Source: Patescibacteria group bacterium (GTDB taxonomy: Bacteria > Patescibacteriota > Minisyncoccia > Phycocordibacterales > Phycocordibacteraceae). From it: a stretch of DNA of 64,000 nucleotides. The notes beneath the pieces were generated by a model. That model worked only from the letters and a program-made list of their open reading frames with translations. It had not been told where the DNA came from and did not search any database. Where the stretch lies: positions 12,993 to 76,992 of the forward strand of contig SCTS01000002.1 in assembly GCA_004322365.1 (NCBI GenBank). The letters are read 5' to 3'. The position numbers were made by a program, and so were the translations under genes. Shown one piece after another: positions 1 through 10,346 of this stretch; position 1 is the stretch's first letter; every line of letters starts with the position of its first letter.

Positions 1-713
1 AAAAAAGAACCGGCCGTTCCAAATGTATCAAGTGGAGGAAACTTTCCTTTACGAATTTCAATTACCGCCTCGCGTACTTCATGAATAGACGGCGCACCCT
101 GTGCATGTGCAAAATAATTCTTAAGATCACGGTACGAAAGATTCGGATTAGCATCTGTAGTCAAAGCGAAACTAACACGAACAACAATATAACGATCCAC
201 TTCCTTTTTAAAAATACTCGTGCGATATCCAAACTCACACTCAAGAGATGTGAGGGTCCGTATCTTCCCTTGCTTCGTATCATATACATCAACAGCAATA
301 ACTCGCTCTGATAGTGCAGAGCCATATGCTCCAATATTTTGAACAACTCCAGCACCAACGGTACCCGGAATTGATGATAAATTTTCTAACCCCCAAAAAC
401 CTTTTTCGACACTCTCTTCTACGAGCGCATCCCACAACACACCTGCCTCCGCAATACAGATACTGTTTGTACCATTCACCGTAAACGAAACATCGTGCAT
501 AGCAATGTTAAGAAAAACCGCATCTACTCCCGAGTCAGGGACGAGCATATTGGAGCCAGCACCAATAGGAATTAACGGCAACCCTTTTTCTTTTGCAAAT
601 TCGACTGCCTGCGGAATTTCTGCTTCACTCTTCACTGTCACTAAAAATCGTGCAGGCCCTCCAGTATGAAATGTCGTGCGAGTGGACAGTGGGACATTCT
701 CTAAAATTTCCAT
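1..713 (-). CDS. murB: UDP-N-acetylenolpyruvoylglucosamine reductase, truncated by the left window edge
   Basis: Not in the ORF track (no stop in window). Manual translation from ATG at 713 gives MEILENVPLSTRTTFHTGGPARF...GLENLSSIPGTVGAGVVQNIGAYG...GTAGSFF, all MurB motifs and in one frame. Confidence 0.93.
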   Translation of the reverse strand, partial: MEILENVPLSTRTTFHTGGPARFLVTVKSEAEIPQAVEFAKEKGLPLIPIGAGSNMLVPDSGVDAVFLNIAMHDVSFTVNGTNSICIAEAGVLWDALVEESVEKGFWGLENLSSIPGTVGAGVVQNIGAYGSALSERVIAVDVYDTKQGKIRTLTSLECEFGYRTSIFKKEVDRYIVVRVSFALTTDANPNLSYRDLKNYFAHAQGAPSIHEVREAVIEIRKGKFPPLDTFGTAGSF

Positions 714-866
714 ATATAAAAAATGAAATCATCTGCATTCTACGACCGACGGGTGCGAGCTCCAAGCAAAAATCTATGTGAGTGCCTACCGCCGGCCGTA
801 GAGTACAGGCGACTTTATTACTGTACGCCCTCCTTGAAAGAGAGACAACCTTACTCACAGGTACAC

Positions 867-891
867 AAAACCCCGCTTTCGCGGGGACTTA
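867..891. terminator. GC hairpin, probable intrinsic terminator
   Basis: aaaa-ccccgc-tttc-gcgggg-actt; T-tract on the minus strand, downstream of the ligase gene. Confidence 0.5.
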
Positions 892-985
892 TGCAGATTT
901 TCGTAGAGCTAGCAAAAACTAGCACTCACTTTTCATATGATAGCATTTTCGTGCTTCTTTTTCAAGTTCCCCTCCTCCTTCTTCC

Positions 986-1010
986 ATGATCCCTACGGAT
1001 CCGATGAAGC
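986..1010 (+). repeat. 25-bp dispersed repeat, copy 1
   Basis: atgatccctacggatccgatgaagc; inverted copy at 56328-56352 with 1 mismatch. Confidence 0.75.
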
Positions 1011-1046
1011 TGGTCCCTTCGGACACGACGAAACGTCGCCTATCCC

Positions 1047-1080
1047 CTAACCACTAACCACTAAACGCTATCCACTAACT
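1047..1080. repeat. Degenerate heptamer array (ccactaa-like)
   Basis: ctaaccactaaccactaaacgctatccactaact. Confidence 0.6.
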
Positions 1081-3439
1081 AAGGAGTTCGCCCTGCCGCA
1101 ATCTCCTGTATGTAGTATTCACCTTGAGCTTTGAATGTAGCATCAATGGCAATCGCCTCCTGTAGAGCCTGAATCGCGTTTAATCTATCGCCTGCCTGCA
1201 TATACGCAGCTGCAAGCTGAACGCGTGCCTTTACATCCTTTGGTGCTTTATCAGCGCGTGCCTTCGCTATCAAAAGACCGTTCGCATAATCTCGTACATC
1301 AAAATACGCCTGCAGAATATTGTCATCGTCAGGCGTTGCTGTTCCAAAACGCTCCGTAAGAAGTTCGCGAGCAAGAGTCATGTTGCCACTCCTAATTAGG
1401 GCCGATGCATAGAAAGTGCGTGCAGTATCGTATGAAGGCTCTAGCTCATACGCTTGGCGAAATAAATCTAACCCGGTCTTCATATCTCCTCGAGCTATCT
1501 GTAAACTTCCAAGCTGAAAGAGTATTTGTTGTTTTTTGGGAGACAGTGTTAATGCTGTTGTAAGTTCTCTGAGAGCCTCGTCATTCTTTCCTATCTGCTG
1601 AAAAAACGAACCAAGAAAAACACGGAGCCTTGCATCGTTAGGGTTTAGTGCAATTTCTTCTGACATCTTTTCTAACGCATACGCTGTTGCGCCCTCTCGA
1701 AATGCAGTGTCTCCAATAGAAGAGTTCTTTGCCTGAATAGCAAATTGAACAATTTGCTCACGTACCTCTTGCCTGCCTAATCCTGTTGTCTCTCCCGCAC
1801 TCTTGAGGTAACGCACATTTTCAGCAAGTCCTGCGGTGTGAGGCTTTAATGCTTCAATGAGATTCGTTGCCGTCGCAAGTCCAGGAACATTGGCAAAATA
1901 AAATACAGCAACCATTCCTCCAACAATTATAGGAGCGCCGAATGCAAATAACCCTGATGGAACACTTTTACCCCAGAGAGTAATCAAGGCATTTGTTGAT
2001 TTTTCGTTTGACGTAGTAGTATCCGCCACATCTTCTCTACGGTGAGCAATGTACGCAAGGATGGTGAAGAAGAAGATATAGCTAACGAGATTGTCGAACA
2101 CAAACAAATCATGAAAGGCATATGCAGCAAGAAGGCCGGTCAATATTCCTCTCTCTACTATCTGAAAAGAAGATTTTGGTCGCCACAAATACCACAAAGC
2201 GAGTCCGAACAAAGAAATCCAGAGAGTAAAACCGAACACTCCACCAGCCACCAGCCAGTCAAGGTATTCATTGTGAGCACGGTCAAACCACGACTCCTGC
2301 GCATACATTGATGGAGCGTACTGTTTGTTAAAAATGTAGTTAAAGTTTTCTTGCCCCCAACCTAAGAGTGGTCTTTCAGCAACACCTTTAAGGGCCATGT
2401 TCCAAATAGCAAAACGAGCTGCACCATCAGAAATAGAGATGTTGGTAATTCGAGACAATACGCCGTTATTTTGCACAAACGAAGTGTCACGGATAGCGTA
2501 AAAGCCCCCCGCAATAACAACAAGAGTAATAATGCCTGCAATGCCTACTTTTTTTAACTTAGGTGCAGTTTTCCCAAAGAAAATAAAAATAGCCGAAGCA
2601 ACGAGAATGCCTCCAATAAGCCCAAGAATAGTTCCTCGAGTTCCCGCATAGAAAATCATGGTGAACTGTAATGCAATCGCTAGAGCATAAAACCACTGTC
2701 GTTTAACGAACAAGCTACCAATGCCAAGAGTGAAAAATAGTATAAAAATAAACCATCCTAAAGGCGGTAGTGAGGTGTCTGGAGGCAAGCTCGCAATTAG
2801 CCATAGTGTCGCACCGATGATCCCAAAGACACCAACAACTTTTTCTCCCGTTCTGAAGTATTCATGTCGGTGATGAAGGAAAAGCAATCCTACAATAAAA
2901 AGATTAAAAAGCATGTACACAGCCAGGTAGGTTGCGTTGCCAAATGTCCCATCAACACGCGAACCTCCTTGATTGATGGTAAATACACCAGCAAGCTGAA
3001 GCACACCATAGACCCCCACGGCAATAGAAACTGCGAGACTCGTTTCAAAAAGCATCTTCCACCATTTCGCTTCGCGGAGTGTTGACCACACAACGACAAA
3101 AAATGCGTAGAGGTGAATCAAACCAATCCATCCTTCCATGCGTTCAAAATTTGACCAGAAGCTCTTATGGGGATTCGCACCAAATATGTCAGCAATACCT
3201 ATGACTGCAACAAAAGCCGTGAGTGCGAAAAAGAGTAGAGATGCACGAGGTCGAACGGATACGTCCCGAAGTGCAAGAATAAGCCAAAGAGTAAATACAA
3301 TTTCAACCAAAATGCGAAAGGCAAAATTCTTACCCGTAATGAACGGGAAAAAGAGTGGCGTCGCCACAATAGTGGGAGTAAAGAATACCGCAAGAACCCC
3401 AATGACTATCCCCCATCGCAACCATGAGTCTAATTTCAT
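1079..3439 (-). CDS. O-antigen ligase (Wzy_C) family membrane protein with C-terminal TPRs; candidate protein O-oligosaccharyltransferase
   Basis: Multi-TM N-terminal region with GTFGNATYLA, TRG, 'R..IW..A..G..ERPLLGWGQENF' and DRAHNEYLDWL motifs, followed by TPR-like helical repeats. Confidence 0.88.
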   Translation of the reverse strand: MKLDSWLRWGIVIGVLAVFFTPTIVATPLFFPFITGKNFAFRILVEIVFTLWLILALRDVSVRPRASLLFFALTAFVAVIGIADIFGANPHKSFWSNFERMEGWIGLIHLYAFFVVVWSTLREAKWWKMLFETSLAVSIAVGVYGVLQLAGVFTINQGGSRVDGTFGNATYLAVYMLFNLFIVGLLFLHHRHEYFRTGEKVVGVFGIIGATLWLIASLPPDTSLPPLGWFIFILFFTLGIGSLFVKRQWFYALAIALQFTMIFYAGTRGTILGLIGGILVASAIFIFFGKTAPKLKKVGIAGIITLVVIAGGFYAIRDTSFVQNNGVLSRITNISISDGAARFAIWNMALKGVAERPLLGWGQENFNYIFNKQYAPSMYAQESWFDRAHNEYLDWLVAGGVFGFTLWISLFGLALWYLWRPKSSFQIVERGILTGLLAAYAFHDLFVFDNLVSYIFFFTILAYIAHRREDVADTTTSNEKSTNALITLWGKSVPSGLFAFGAPIIVGGMVAVFYFANVPGLATATNLIEALKPHTAGLAENVRYLKSAGETTGLGRQEVREQIVQFAIQAKNSSIGDTAFREGATAYALEKMSEEIALNPNDARLRVFLGSFFQQIGKNDEALRELTTALTLSPKKQQILFQLGSLQIARGDMKTGLDLFRQAYELEPSYDTARTFYASALIRSGNMTLARELLTERFGTATPDDDNILQAYFDVRDYANGLLIAKARADKAPKDVKARVQLAAAYMQAGDRLNAIQALQEAIAIDATFKAQGEYYIQEIAAGRTP

Positions 3440-3555
3440 CCCGTTAGAAATAGGGCGCGAACGCCTGTGCGCCCCCGCCTATTTGAGCTATGTATGTAAT
3501 ATTCGACTGTGACATGGTGAGATTCATTGACATGCGTCCGCGATTTCTAACGGGA
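3439..3555. mobile_element. 117-bp MITE-like element inserted in the start of the ligase gene
   Basis: Perfect 13-bp TIRs tcccgttagaaat (3439-3451) and atttctaacggga (3543-3555), flanked by direct repeat ttca (3435-3438, 3556-3559). Confidence 0.75.
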
Positions 3556-3636
3556 TTCATGCTGATTACTATACCATTTCTCTATCCGCATCCTGCAACT
3601 CTTCCGTGAGCCCTTGTATGAGAATAGCCAGTGCTA

Positions 3637-5253
3637 TCAGGGGTTCACGCTACAATCCCGTGCTTCGTAGATGTATATATCTTTTCCTAGTTGTTGTATC
3701 TGGTAAAAAGACGGCATAAGCATTCTGCCGAGGTTTATATCAATATCAAACACATCAGCCACCCCATTACCAAAATGTGCGAGTGGCGTGCAATTCACCA
3801 CTTCTCGCTCAACAATAATAAGATCAGCGGCCGGCACATCGGTATGCGCTAACAAATCGGAATCGTTCGTAACAACGAGTGGCCGAAACGAAATATCGCT
3901 CGAGAGCGCTTGTGTATGTTGGCACGCGGAGCCACACGATGATGGTGCATACAAAGCGTACGAAACTTTGTTCATTGGGAGCGTAAACTCAAAAATATTT
4001 TCATCAATACGAATCTCCGTATCTCCGTAACGCTCTACTATATAGTCGTACGCCACATTGTAGGTCGTAGGTATGGAGAGCAATACTATCGTATACACAT
4101 ACACAGCGAGCCCTACAACAAAAAAGACGCGCGACACCAATCGCAAAGGTGGTTTGAATGAGGCGAGGAGAAAGAGTAGAAAGAAGCCGACAGGAGCGAT
4201 GTGTCGAACATTGAGCGCAAGTCCGTGGTCGGCCCGGAACACAACCGAAACCGCAATAATATAAAGTGCGCTATACAAAAGGGCGAGGAAGAAGAGCGCT
4301 TTGTTGCGTATGCCGGCATACACAGCTGGTATGAGCGCCAAAAGAAGCAAGGGAAACGATTCAACGGCTTGACGCACATTAACTATGAGCGACTCAAACA
4401 CCGTAAGCGACGTCTGCACACTTGCACCTGCAGAATTAGACACGAAAAATTGCATCACAAATCCGGAAGCCTGCTCAACAACATTTCCCGCATTCAGTGC
4501 AAAGAACCCCAAGAACACCACCATGCCAACTGCAATCATCACTATAAGTCGCTTGAAGACTGCGGGTGTACGCCAAAATACGAAAAGAAGTATCGGAATA
4601 TTAATGAGAAAGAGGCCGGCAAAAAGGAAATTAGACGCTGCCAGAAATGCCGTCATTATTGAAGTGAATGACATCCATCCCAATTGACCACGCTCTCGAT
4701 CTTCCGTTATTGCACGGTACAGATAGATAAAAGAAACAACAATGAGAAGAATCGAGAGCATCCACATTTTGCCTGAGCGCACAAGAAGCGTGGTAAGCAC
4801 ACTGCCGAAGGTAAGCATGAGGAGTGCGAGTCGCCACTCCACACCTTGAATGTGCGCTTTCAGAAATCGGTACACTAGTATCAAGAGCGCCACCGATGTG
4901 AGCGCAGAGACAATGCGCGGTACGATGAGACTATACGAAGGATTCTGAATAAGCGCAGTTTTCAAAGCCACGATGTCGAAACCGAAAAACGGAATACTGC
5001 CAGCAAGTGCGACCACCATGGCGACATAATTCTGATAAAACGAGAGTGTGCCGTACGCGACACCGTAGCCTGGTAGAAGCGTGTGCGCTTCAATGGCACG
5101 GAGCACTCCACCGCCAAATGCCCACACATCGGTGATAGTGTTCACCATAGGGAACGCGTACCATACGCCAACAAAAAAACTTGCGCCAAAAATCATAATC
5201 ACCCACTGTTCCAGCGTCATGGCACGGAGGATGCTTCGCATTCTATTCAACAT
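3637..5253 (-). CDS. Polytopic membrane protein, probable GT-C-fold glycosyltransferase
   Basis: Many TM helices, 'PRIVSALTS' and C-terminal soluble domain typical of PMT/ArnT-like proteins; ORF is open to 5469, start placed at MLNRMRS. Confidence 0.6.
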   Translation of the reverse strand: MLNRMRSILRAMTLEQWVIMIFGASFFVGVWYAFPMVNTITDVWAFGGGVLRAIEAHTLLPGYGVAYGTLSFYQNYVAMVVALAGSIPFFGFDIVALKTALIQNPSYSLIVPRIVSALTSVALLILVYRFLKAHIQGVEWRLALLMLTFGSVLTTLLVRSGKMWMLSILLIVVSFIYLYRAITEDRERGQLGWMSFTSIMTAFLAASNFLFAGLFLINIPILLFVFWRTPAVFKRLIVMIAVGMVVFLGFFALNAGNVVEQASGFVMQFFVSNSAGASVQTSLTVFESLIVNVRQAVESFPLLLLALIPAVYAGIRNKALFFLALLYSALYIIAVSVVFRADHGLALNVRHIAPVGFFLLFLLASFKPPLRLVSRVFFVVGLAVYVYTIVLLSIPTTYNVAYDYIVERYGDTEIRIDENIFEFTLPMNKVSYALYAPSSCGSACQHTQALSSDISFRPLVVTNDSDLLAHTDVPAADLIIVEREVVNCTPLAHFGNGVADVFDIDINLGRMLMPSFYQIQQLGKDIYIYEARDCSVNP

Positions 5254-5429
5254 AACGATACGAGAAAGTATACCCCCACACCAATTCTTTTGAAATTTCA
5301 CCATATTCAAAAAATATCTACCGAGAGAAAAATTCTTTCTTACTATAGGAAATACTGTGTGGAATTGGTGTGGGGGTATACCGCCAAACGGAGAGTGTGG
5401 CTGGACGAGCACGATGTATACTACTAGCG

Positions 5430-5879
5430 ATGACTTGGCTGATTGCACTTCATACGCGAATGGAAACATTGCTCGGAGTGCGTCTATATCGCATAGTTCG
5501 CTACCTCATGTCGGGAGGTATTGCTATGGCGAGCAACCTCGGCGTACTGTTTCTCCTCGTACATTTCATTAATGTGTATTATTTGTACGCATCAGTTATT
5601 TCATTCATCATGTCGGCCGCCGTTTCTTTCACGATGCAGAAATTTTGGACCTTTCAGGATCGACCGATGCACGATGTACAGAAGCAATTCACACGCTACA
5701 TCGTTGTCCTTATTGCCAATCTTCTGTTCAACACTCTCCTTATGTACCTATTCGTAGAAAAAATCGGCATGTGGTATTTGTTTGCACAACTCCTTGCAAC
5801 GATGATCGTTGCAGTAAGCGGCTACTTCGGATATCGACATTTTGTATTCCGTGATCGCTCGCCCACAACAAAGACATGA
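5430..5879 (+). CDS. GtrA-family small flippase-like protein
   Basis: RIVRYLMSGG...SFTMQKFWTF...YRHFVFR, four TMs; start 5430 or 5460. Confidence 0.88.
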   Translation: MTWLIALHTRMETLLGVRLYRIVRYLMSGGIAMASNLGVLFLLVHFINVYYLYASVISFIMSAAVSFTMQKFWTFQDRPMHDVQKQFTRYIVVLIANLLFNTLLMYLFVEKIGMWYLFAQLLATMIVAVSGYFGYRHFVFRDRSPTTKT

Positions 5880-7156
5880 TGTTCCTACGAACATACCGCG
5901 CTGAAATCATAGTAGGACTTTTGGCACTTGCGGCACATCTCGCATGCTTTGCGTTTGTACTCCATGCAAATGACGGGAGCGTACTAAACACCGTTCGGGG
6001 CGACGACGGATACTTTGAACTTGCCAAAAATGTCCTTGCGGGCAACGGATTTTCCTGGGGAGCGTCCGCACCATACGCGCCCAATCCCCTACGCACACCA
6101 GGGTTTGTGTATGCGCTTTCCGGACTCCTCGGCATCTTTGGTGTAACAGGAGCCGCGCTCATACAACTCGCTCTAGCTTCTGCTATACCAATCTTTGGCA
6201 TGTGGATTGCAAGACGCATTAGTGCTTCACAGAAAATTGGCTATCTCGCTGGAGCCATTCTCGCCCTTGATCCAACACTCGCACTGCTCTCCTTCCAGTT
6301 TTATACCGAGACACTGTTTCTACTTCTTTTCCTACCCTGGCTTCTACTCACATTCCGCTATCTTGAAAAACGAGATTGGATAACACTCGCCCTCAGCGCC
6401 GCTATCCTCGGAAGCGCGATACTTGTTAAGACAAGCGCGCAGTATATTCCACTTATCTTCATCCCATTCATCCTCTGGCACTTCGGCAAAAAAGATTGGC
6501 AACGCGGTATCGCACATGCAAGCCTGTATCTTCTTATTATCGGTGCGATACTCACGCCGTGGATCTTACGGAATGCCTATACCTTTGGTGTACCCGGCTT
6601 GAGCGCACAAACGCCGTTCGTTCTCTATACCAACCTCGCCCCCGCCGTCTTGAGCGTAGCGAAAGGAAGTGACTTTCTTCAAGAAAGAGAAATGTTTATG
6701 ACGCCCGCCGAGTACAAAGGTGATGTCATTACCCTTGCGAACGAGAGCGACTACCGGAAGCGTGCACTCGATATCGCACTCGCACATCCCGTCGCAACGC
6801 TCTATGTCGCTGGCAAGTCCCTTGTTACTTTCTTCACCAACGATGGGTTCTATACACTCCTCGTGCGTGGAGGCTATAACCCGCACGAATTTTTACCACT
6901 CATTATTGTGGCGCGACTTCTATGGGTAGCAATAACACTCGCCGCATTCGTTGGCGCACTGGTCTACCTTCTGAGGCAACGTTCACAACTCGCAATTCTC
7001 ATTATCCTTCTTATTGCTTATTTTGCACTCACCAGTACCATCGCTGCATTCGGCACCAACCCTCGCTATCGACTCCCCGTTGACCCAATCATCATTGCGT
7101 TTGCGAGCGTCGGCTACATGTATCTCACAACACTACTACGACGACGCACACACTAG
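5876..7156 (+). CDS. GT39/ArnT-like (PMT_2) membrane glycosyltransferase
   Basis: DDGYFELAKN, RTPGF, TETLF, PWILRN and PRYRLP motifs. Confidence 0.8.
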   Translation: MMFLRTYRAEIIVGLLALAAHLACFAFVLHANDGSVLNTVRGDDGYFELAKNVLAGNGFSWGASAPYAPNPLRTPGFVYALSGLLGIFGVTGAALIQLALASAIPIFGMWIARRISASQKIGYLAGAILALDPTLALLSFQFYTETLFLLLFLPWLLLTFRYLEKRDWITLALSAAILGSAILVKTSAQYIPLIFIPFILWHFGKKDWQRGIAHASLYLLIIGAILTPWILRNAYTFGVPGLSAQTPFVLYTNLAPAVLSVAKGSDFLQEREMFMTPAEYKGDVITLANESDYRKRALDIALAHPVATLYVAGKSLVTFFTNDGFYTLLVRGGYNPHEFLPLIIVARLLWVAITLAAFVGALVYLLRQRSQLAILIILLIAYFALTSTIAAFGTNPRYRLPVDPIIIAFASVGYMYLTTLLRRRTH

Positions 7157-7180
7157 CTGAAGCAACACGCAACCGTTACT

Positions 7181-8458
7181 ATGGACAACATGTTTCAAGG
7201 ATTGAAAAAGCGGTTTATGCAATTTCTGCTTTGGAGTCAGAAATACACCAAGACCGATATGCTCTACCTAGCTCACGGTGGCTTGTGGCTTACGCTCGGA
7301 CAAGGTGTATCGTCGCTATCCACTCTCGCTCTTGCTGTAGCGTTTGCTAACCTAGTCCCACCTGAAACATACGGTACTTATAAGTATCTTCTTTCTATTG
7401 CAGGAGTGTTCGCTATATTTACCCTTCCAGGAATGAATACCGCACTTGCGCGTGCTGTGGCGCAAGGACACGAGGGACTTATCCATTCCGTTACACGATC
7501 GCGCGTGATGCATTCTTTTCTTGGAAGCATTGTGGCGCTTGCCGGCAGTAGCTATTACTTTCTAAACAACAATCTTGAACTTTCGCTCGCCCTTCTCATC
7601 ATCGCTGCCACACTCCCTGTGTTTGATACTGCAAACGGTTACCTTTCATACCTACTTGGTAAACGCCGTTTTGATTTGCAAACAACCTATCACATGCTCA
7701 CACAGATAATAAGTATCAGCATACTCATTGTCACCATTTTCTTCACACATAACATCGTTCTTATTCTTCTCGCATACTTCGTGCCACTTATTCTGGTTCG
7801 AGGATTTCTATACTTCCACATCACGCGTACCATTTCAAAAAACGAAGCAGGGGTGGATACAATAAAAGAAACGCACACCTACGGCAAACATCTTACGGCA
7901 ATGCAGATTTTGGGAGCTATATCAGGAAATATCGATAAAATATTGCTCTGGAAATTCCTCGGACCTGCGCAACTCGCCGTGTATGCATTCGCTGTTGCAA
8001 TACCTGAACAAATCTATGGGCCGCTCAAAGGTATGAGTAATATCATGCTCCCGAAGTACGCCGTGCATGCTTCCACAGAGACGCGCCGTCCACCGCAAAA
8101 TTTTTGGTATAAATTTTTACTCTACACTTCCTTGCTTGGAATCATATCGCTTGTCTATATTGCGGTCGCACCGCTTCTCTTCCATACTCTATTTCCATCT
8201 TATACAGAAAGTATATTTTTTTCTCAAATCTTAGCACTCTCCCTTTTTACCGGAGCGCAAACAATGCCAGCCACACTGCTCACCGCGCAAAAACGCGCAA
8301 AAACACAGTATGTGTTGACCATAGTTCGATCAGCGACACAGTTAATGATGTTTATAGTCCTCATACCTATGTTCGGGATTATGGGTGCAATTGTTGCCAC
8401 AATCATCACAAATGTAGTTGGTGTAGTTAGCACGATTATTGCGATAATGATAAAGTAG
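7181..8458 (+). CDS. Wzx-like oligosaccharide flippase
   Basis: About 12 TMs; YGTYKY, IDKILLWKFLGPAQLAVYAFA, LIPMFGIMGA. Confidence 0.85.
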   Translation: MDNMFQGLKKRFMQFLLWSQKYTKTDMLYLAHGGLWLTLGQGVSSLSTLALAVAFANLVPPETYGTYKYLLSIAGVFAIFTLPGMNTALARAVAQGHEGLIHSVTRSRVMHSFLGSIVALAGSSYYFLNNNLELSLALLIIAATLPVFDTANGYLSYLLGKRRFDLQTTYHMLTQIISISILIVTIFFTHNIVLILLAYFVPLILVRGFLYFHITRTISKNEAGVDTIKETHTYGKHLTAMQILGAISGNIDKILLWKFLGPAQLAVYAFAVAIPEQIYGPLKGMSNIMLPKYAVHASTETRRPPQNFWYKFLLYTSLLGIISLVYIAVAPLLFHTLFPSYTESIFFSQILALSLFTGAQTMPATLLTAQKRAKTQYVLTIVRSATQLMMFIVLIPMFGIMGAIVATIITNVVGVVSTIIAIMIK

Positions 8459-8520
8459 CACTATGAGTGTGCGAAATTAACTCTACGCACAGCGGCTAAG
8501 ATGTAACAAATGACGTGCGC

Positions 8521-9144
8521 CTATTTTTTTGCAACAATATACACATTGGTATAAAGATCAGGATGTTTAAAATATCCTTTTCTGTCGAAGTATTTTAGAA
8601 TCCCGAAAATTCTTGTAAAAAAAGCGCTACGCAATCTACTGTAGCCTGCAGTATAGTGATCGAGATACATGCGCCTCAACATCGCCGAGATAACTGACAA
8701 TGTGCTTCCTTGTGATCCAAGTTCAATCGTTGTAAAACCTGCTCGTTCAAAATAGAATCGAGCGGCTTCCTTAGTAAAGCGATGATAATCCGAAGGGTCT
8801 CCGTGTTGAGGAAATAAAAATGGCATCGTTACTATGGCATGCCCTCCTTTCTTCAATATCCGATACATTTCTCCCACCGTTGCTGAAGTATCGTCAATGT
8901 GTTCCAAAACTTGAAATGAAAGAACGGTGTCGAAACTCCCCTCAGAAAAAGACATCTTCCTGGCATCCTCTTTGAAGTCTACCTCAACCCCAGTCTCATA
9001 TAAGTCAGCAACCAGATAATCTGAAACACTTTTCTTTATTATTTCACGATATTTTGAAGTACCTCCTCCTATATCAAGAGTTCTCCCATTAGCATATTTA
9101 GGTACTAGAGCCTTTACAACCTCGCGGGTATCAATAAATTCCAT
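8521..9144 (-). CDS. Class I SAM-dependent methyltransferase (Methyltransf_11)
   Basis: TLDIGGG, SFDTVLSFQVLEH, ILKKGG, P.DY.RFT. Confidence 0.88.
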   Translation of the reverse strand: MEFIDTREVVKALVPKYANGRTLDIGGGTSKYREIIKKSVSDYLVADLYETGVEVDFKEDARKMSFSEGSFDTVLSFQVLEHIDDTSATVGEMYRILKKGGHAIVTMPFLFPQHGDPSDYHRFTKEAARFYFERAGFTTIELGSQGSTLSVISAMLRRMYLDHYTAGYSRLRSAFFTRIFGILKYFDRKGYFKHPDLYTNVYIVAKK

Positions 9145-9242
9145 ATGATGGGATTATTTATTAGAATAGCATACCGGCATACCAAGACAGATTGCCCCTC
9201 GTGTTTTGCCCTGTTACGATGTAGCGTGTACACGACTTAGTT

Positions 9243-9668
9243 ATGAAAATCAAAAAGATAACACCTCAGTCAAACCTAGATACCGTTCGCGATGAACGCG
9301 GTGGCATATTCACCTTCTACCCTGAAAAGCCAATTGTGGAATTCAATTTCCAATTCATTAACAAAGGCAAGGTACGCGGTAATCATTCCCATCCCGAGTT
9401 TGATGAGTACTATCTCATAACCGACGGCAACGGAGTTTTGGTCTCGAAAGATGAGAACGGCAAAGAAGAGTTCCTGTATGTCGGAAAAGGTGACTGTACA
9501 TTTACTCCAGAGGGCGTCACACATGTCCTCTATGCCATTACCGACATGAACATGGTCACATTCCTTACAAAAAAATGGGACGACTGCAAAGTGCCTATCG
9601 TCCACGAAAATCTAGGCATGGGTACCGGCGACCACGGCGATCCCAACTACAAACCGCCGACTCTCTAG
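9243..9668 (+). CDS. Cupin-fold sugar-nucleotide epimerase/isomerase (RmlC/FdtA-like)
   Basis: DERGG, RGNHSHP..E, GVTH cupin motifs; glycan context. Confidence 0.7.
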   Translation: MKIKKITPQSNLDTVRDERGGIFTFYPEKPIVEFNFQFINKGKVRGNHSHPEFDEYYLITDGNGVLVSKDENGKEEFLYVGKGDCTFTPEGVTHVLYAITDMNMVTFLTKKWDDCKVPIVHENLGMGTGDHGDPNYKPPTL

Positions 9669-9703
9669 GTCGGCGCTTGTCGTCCCATCTTTCTGATGAT
9701 GGT

Positions 9704-10345
9704 TTAATATTTGGTTTCTACTTTTATTATTCCCTCGCCAACATTACCCTTCTTCGTCGTCGTATAGTTCTTCATCGAGCCAATCTTATTCGCAATATAT
9801 ATGATTTCGTATGCGATACCAGGATGCCTAATGGGATTGAACCGTAGAGAAGTTTTAACGAGAGCAAACAAATAACCTTTCTCGTCTATCACCTTAAAAC
9901 CTGATCGTTCGAGAATGGTGCGCATATCGAAACGGGAGAAGCTATAAAAGTGTTCCTCTTTTTTTGCCTGCGCAACGCGATTTTTAAAAAAATGGTAGAA
10001 CACATTCAGCACCACTTCCCAGTAATAGTGCGGGTTTGGTGAGGTGACAACTAATCGCCCCCCATCTTTCAGTACACGATTTATCTCGCCCAAAACCTTT
10101 AGCGGGTTGGCTATATGCGCCAGCGTGCATCCGATTACTACGCTATCAAAAAAGTTAGGCGGGTACGGAAATAGGTCAGTGTTTAAATCAACTGTGTGCG
10201 TGTCGAAATATCCAGCTTTCTCGTTTTTTATAATATCTATTCCGTGAATTTCACCCTTCAAGTGGGAGTTTGGTTCTTGCGCATAACCTACATCCAAAAT
10301 CCGACCTGACACTTGTTCGGAAACAATTTCTTGTTTTGACTTCAT
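9704..10345 (-). CDS. Class I SAM-dependent methyltransferase
   Basis: ILDVGY, FPYPPNFFDSV, EINRVLKDGGRLVVTSPN. Confidence 0.85.
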   Translation of the reverse strand: MKSKQEIVSEQVSGRILDVGYAQEPNSHLKGEIHGIDIIKNEKAGYFDTHTVDLNTDLFPYPPNFFDSVVIGCTLAHIANPLKVLGEINRVLKDGGRLVVTSPNPHYYWEVVLNVFYHFFKNRVAQAKKEEHFYSFSRFDMRTILERSGFKVIDEKGYLFALVKTSLRFNPIRHPGIAYEIIYIANKIGSMKNYTTTKKGNVGEGIIKVETKY

Positions 10346-10346
10346 A

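Noticed and set aside
920-946. CIRCE operator (ctagcactc)
   Set aside because: Only one half-site; the second arm is missing and no chaperone gene is adjacent.
723-989. 88-aa plus-strand ORF upstream of murB
   Set aside because: No motifs and it crosses a terminator-like hairpin; probably intergenic.
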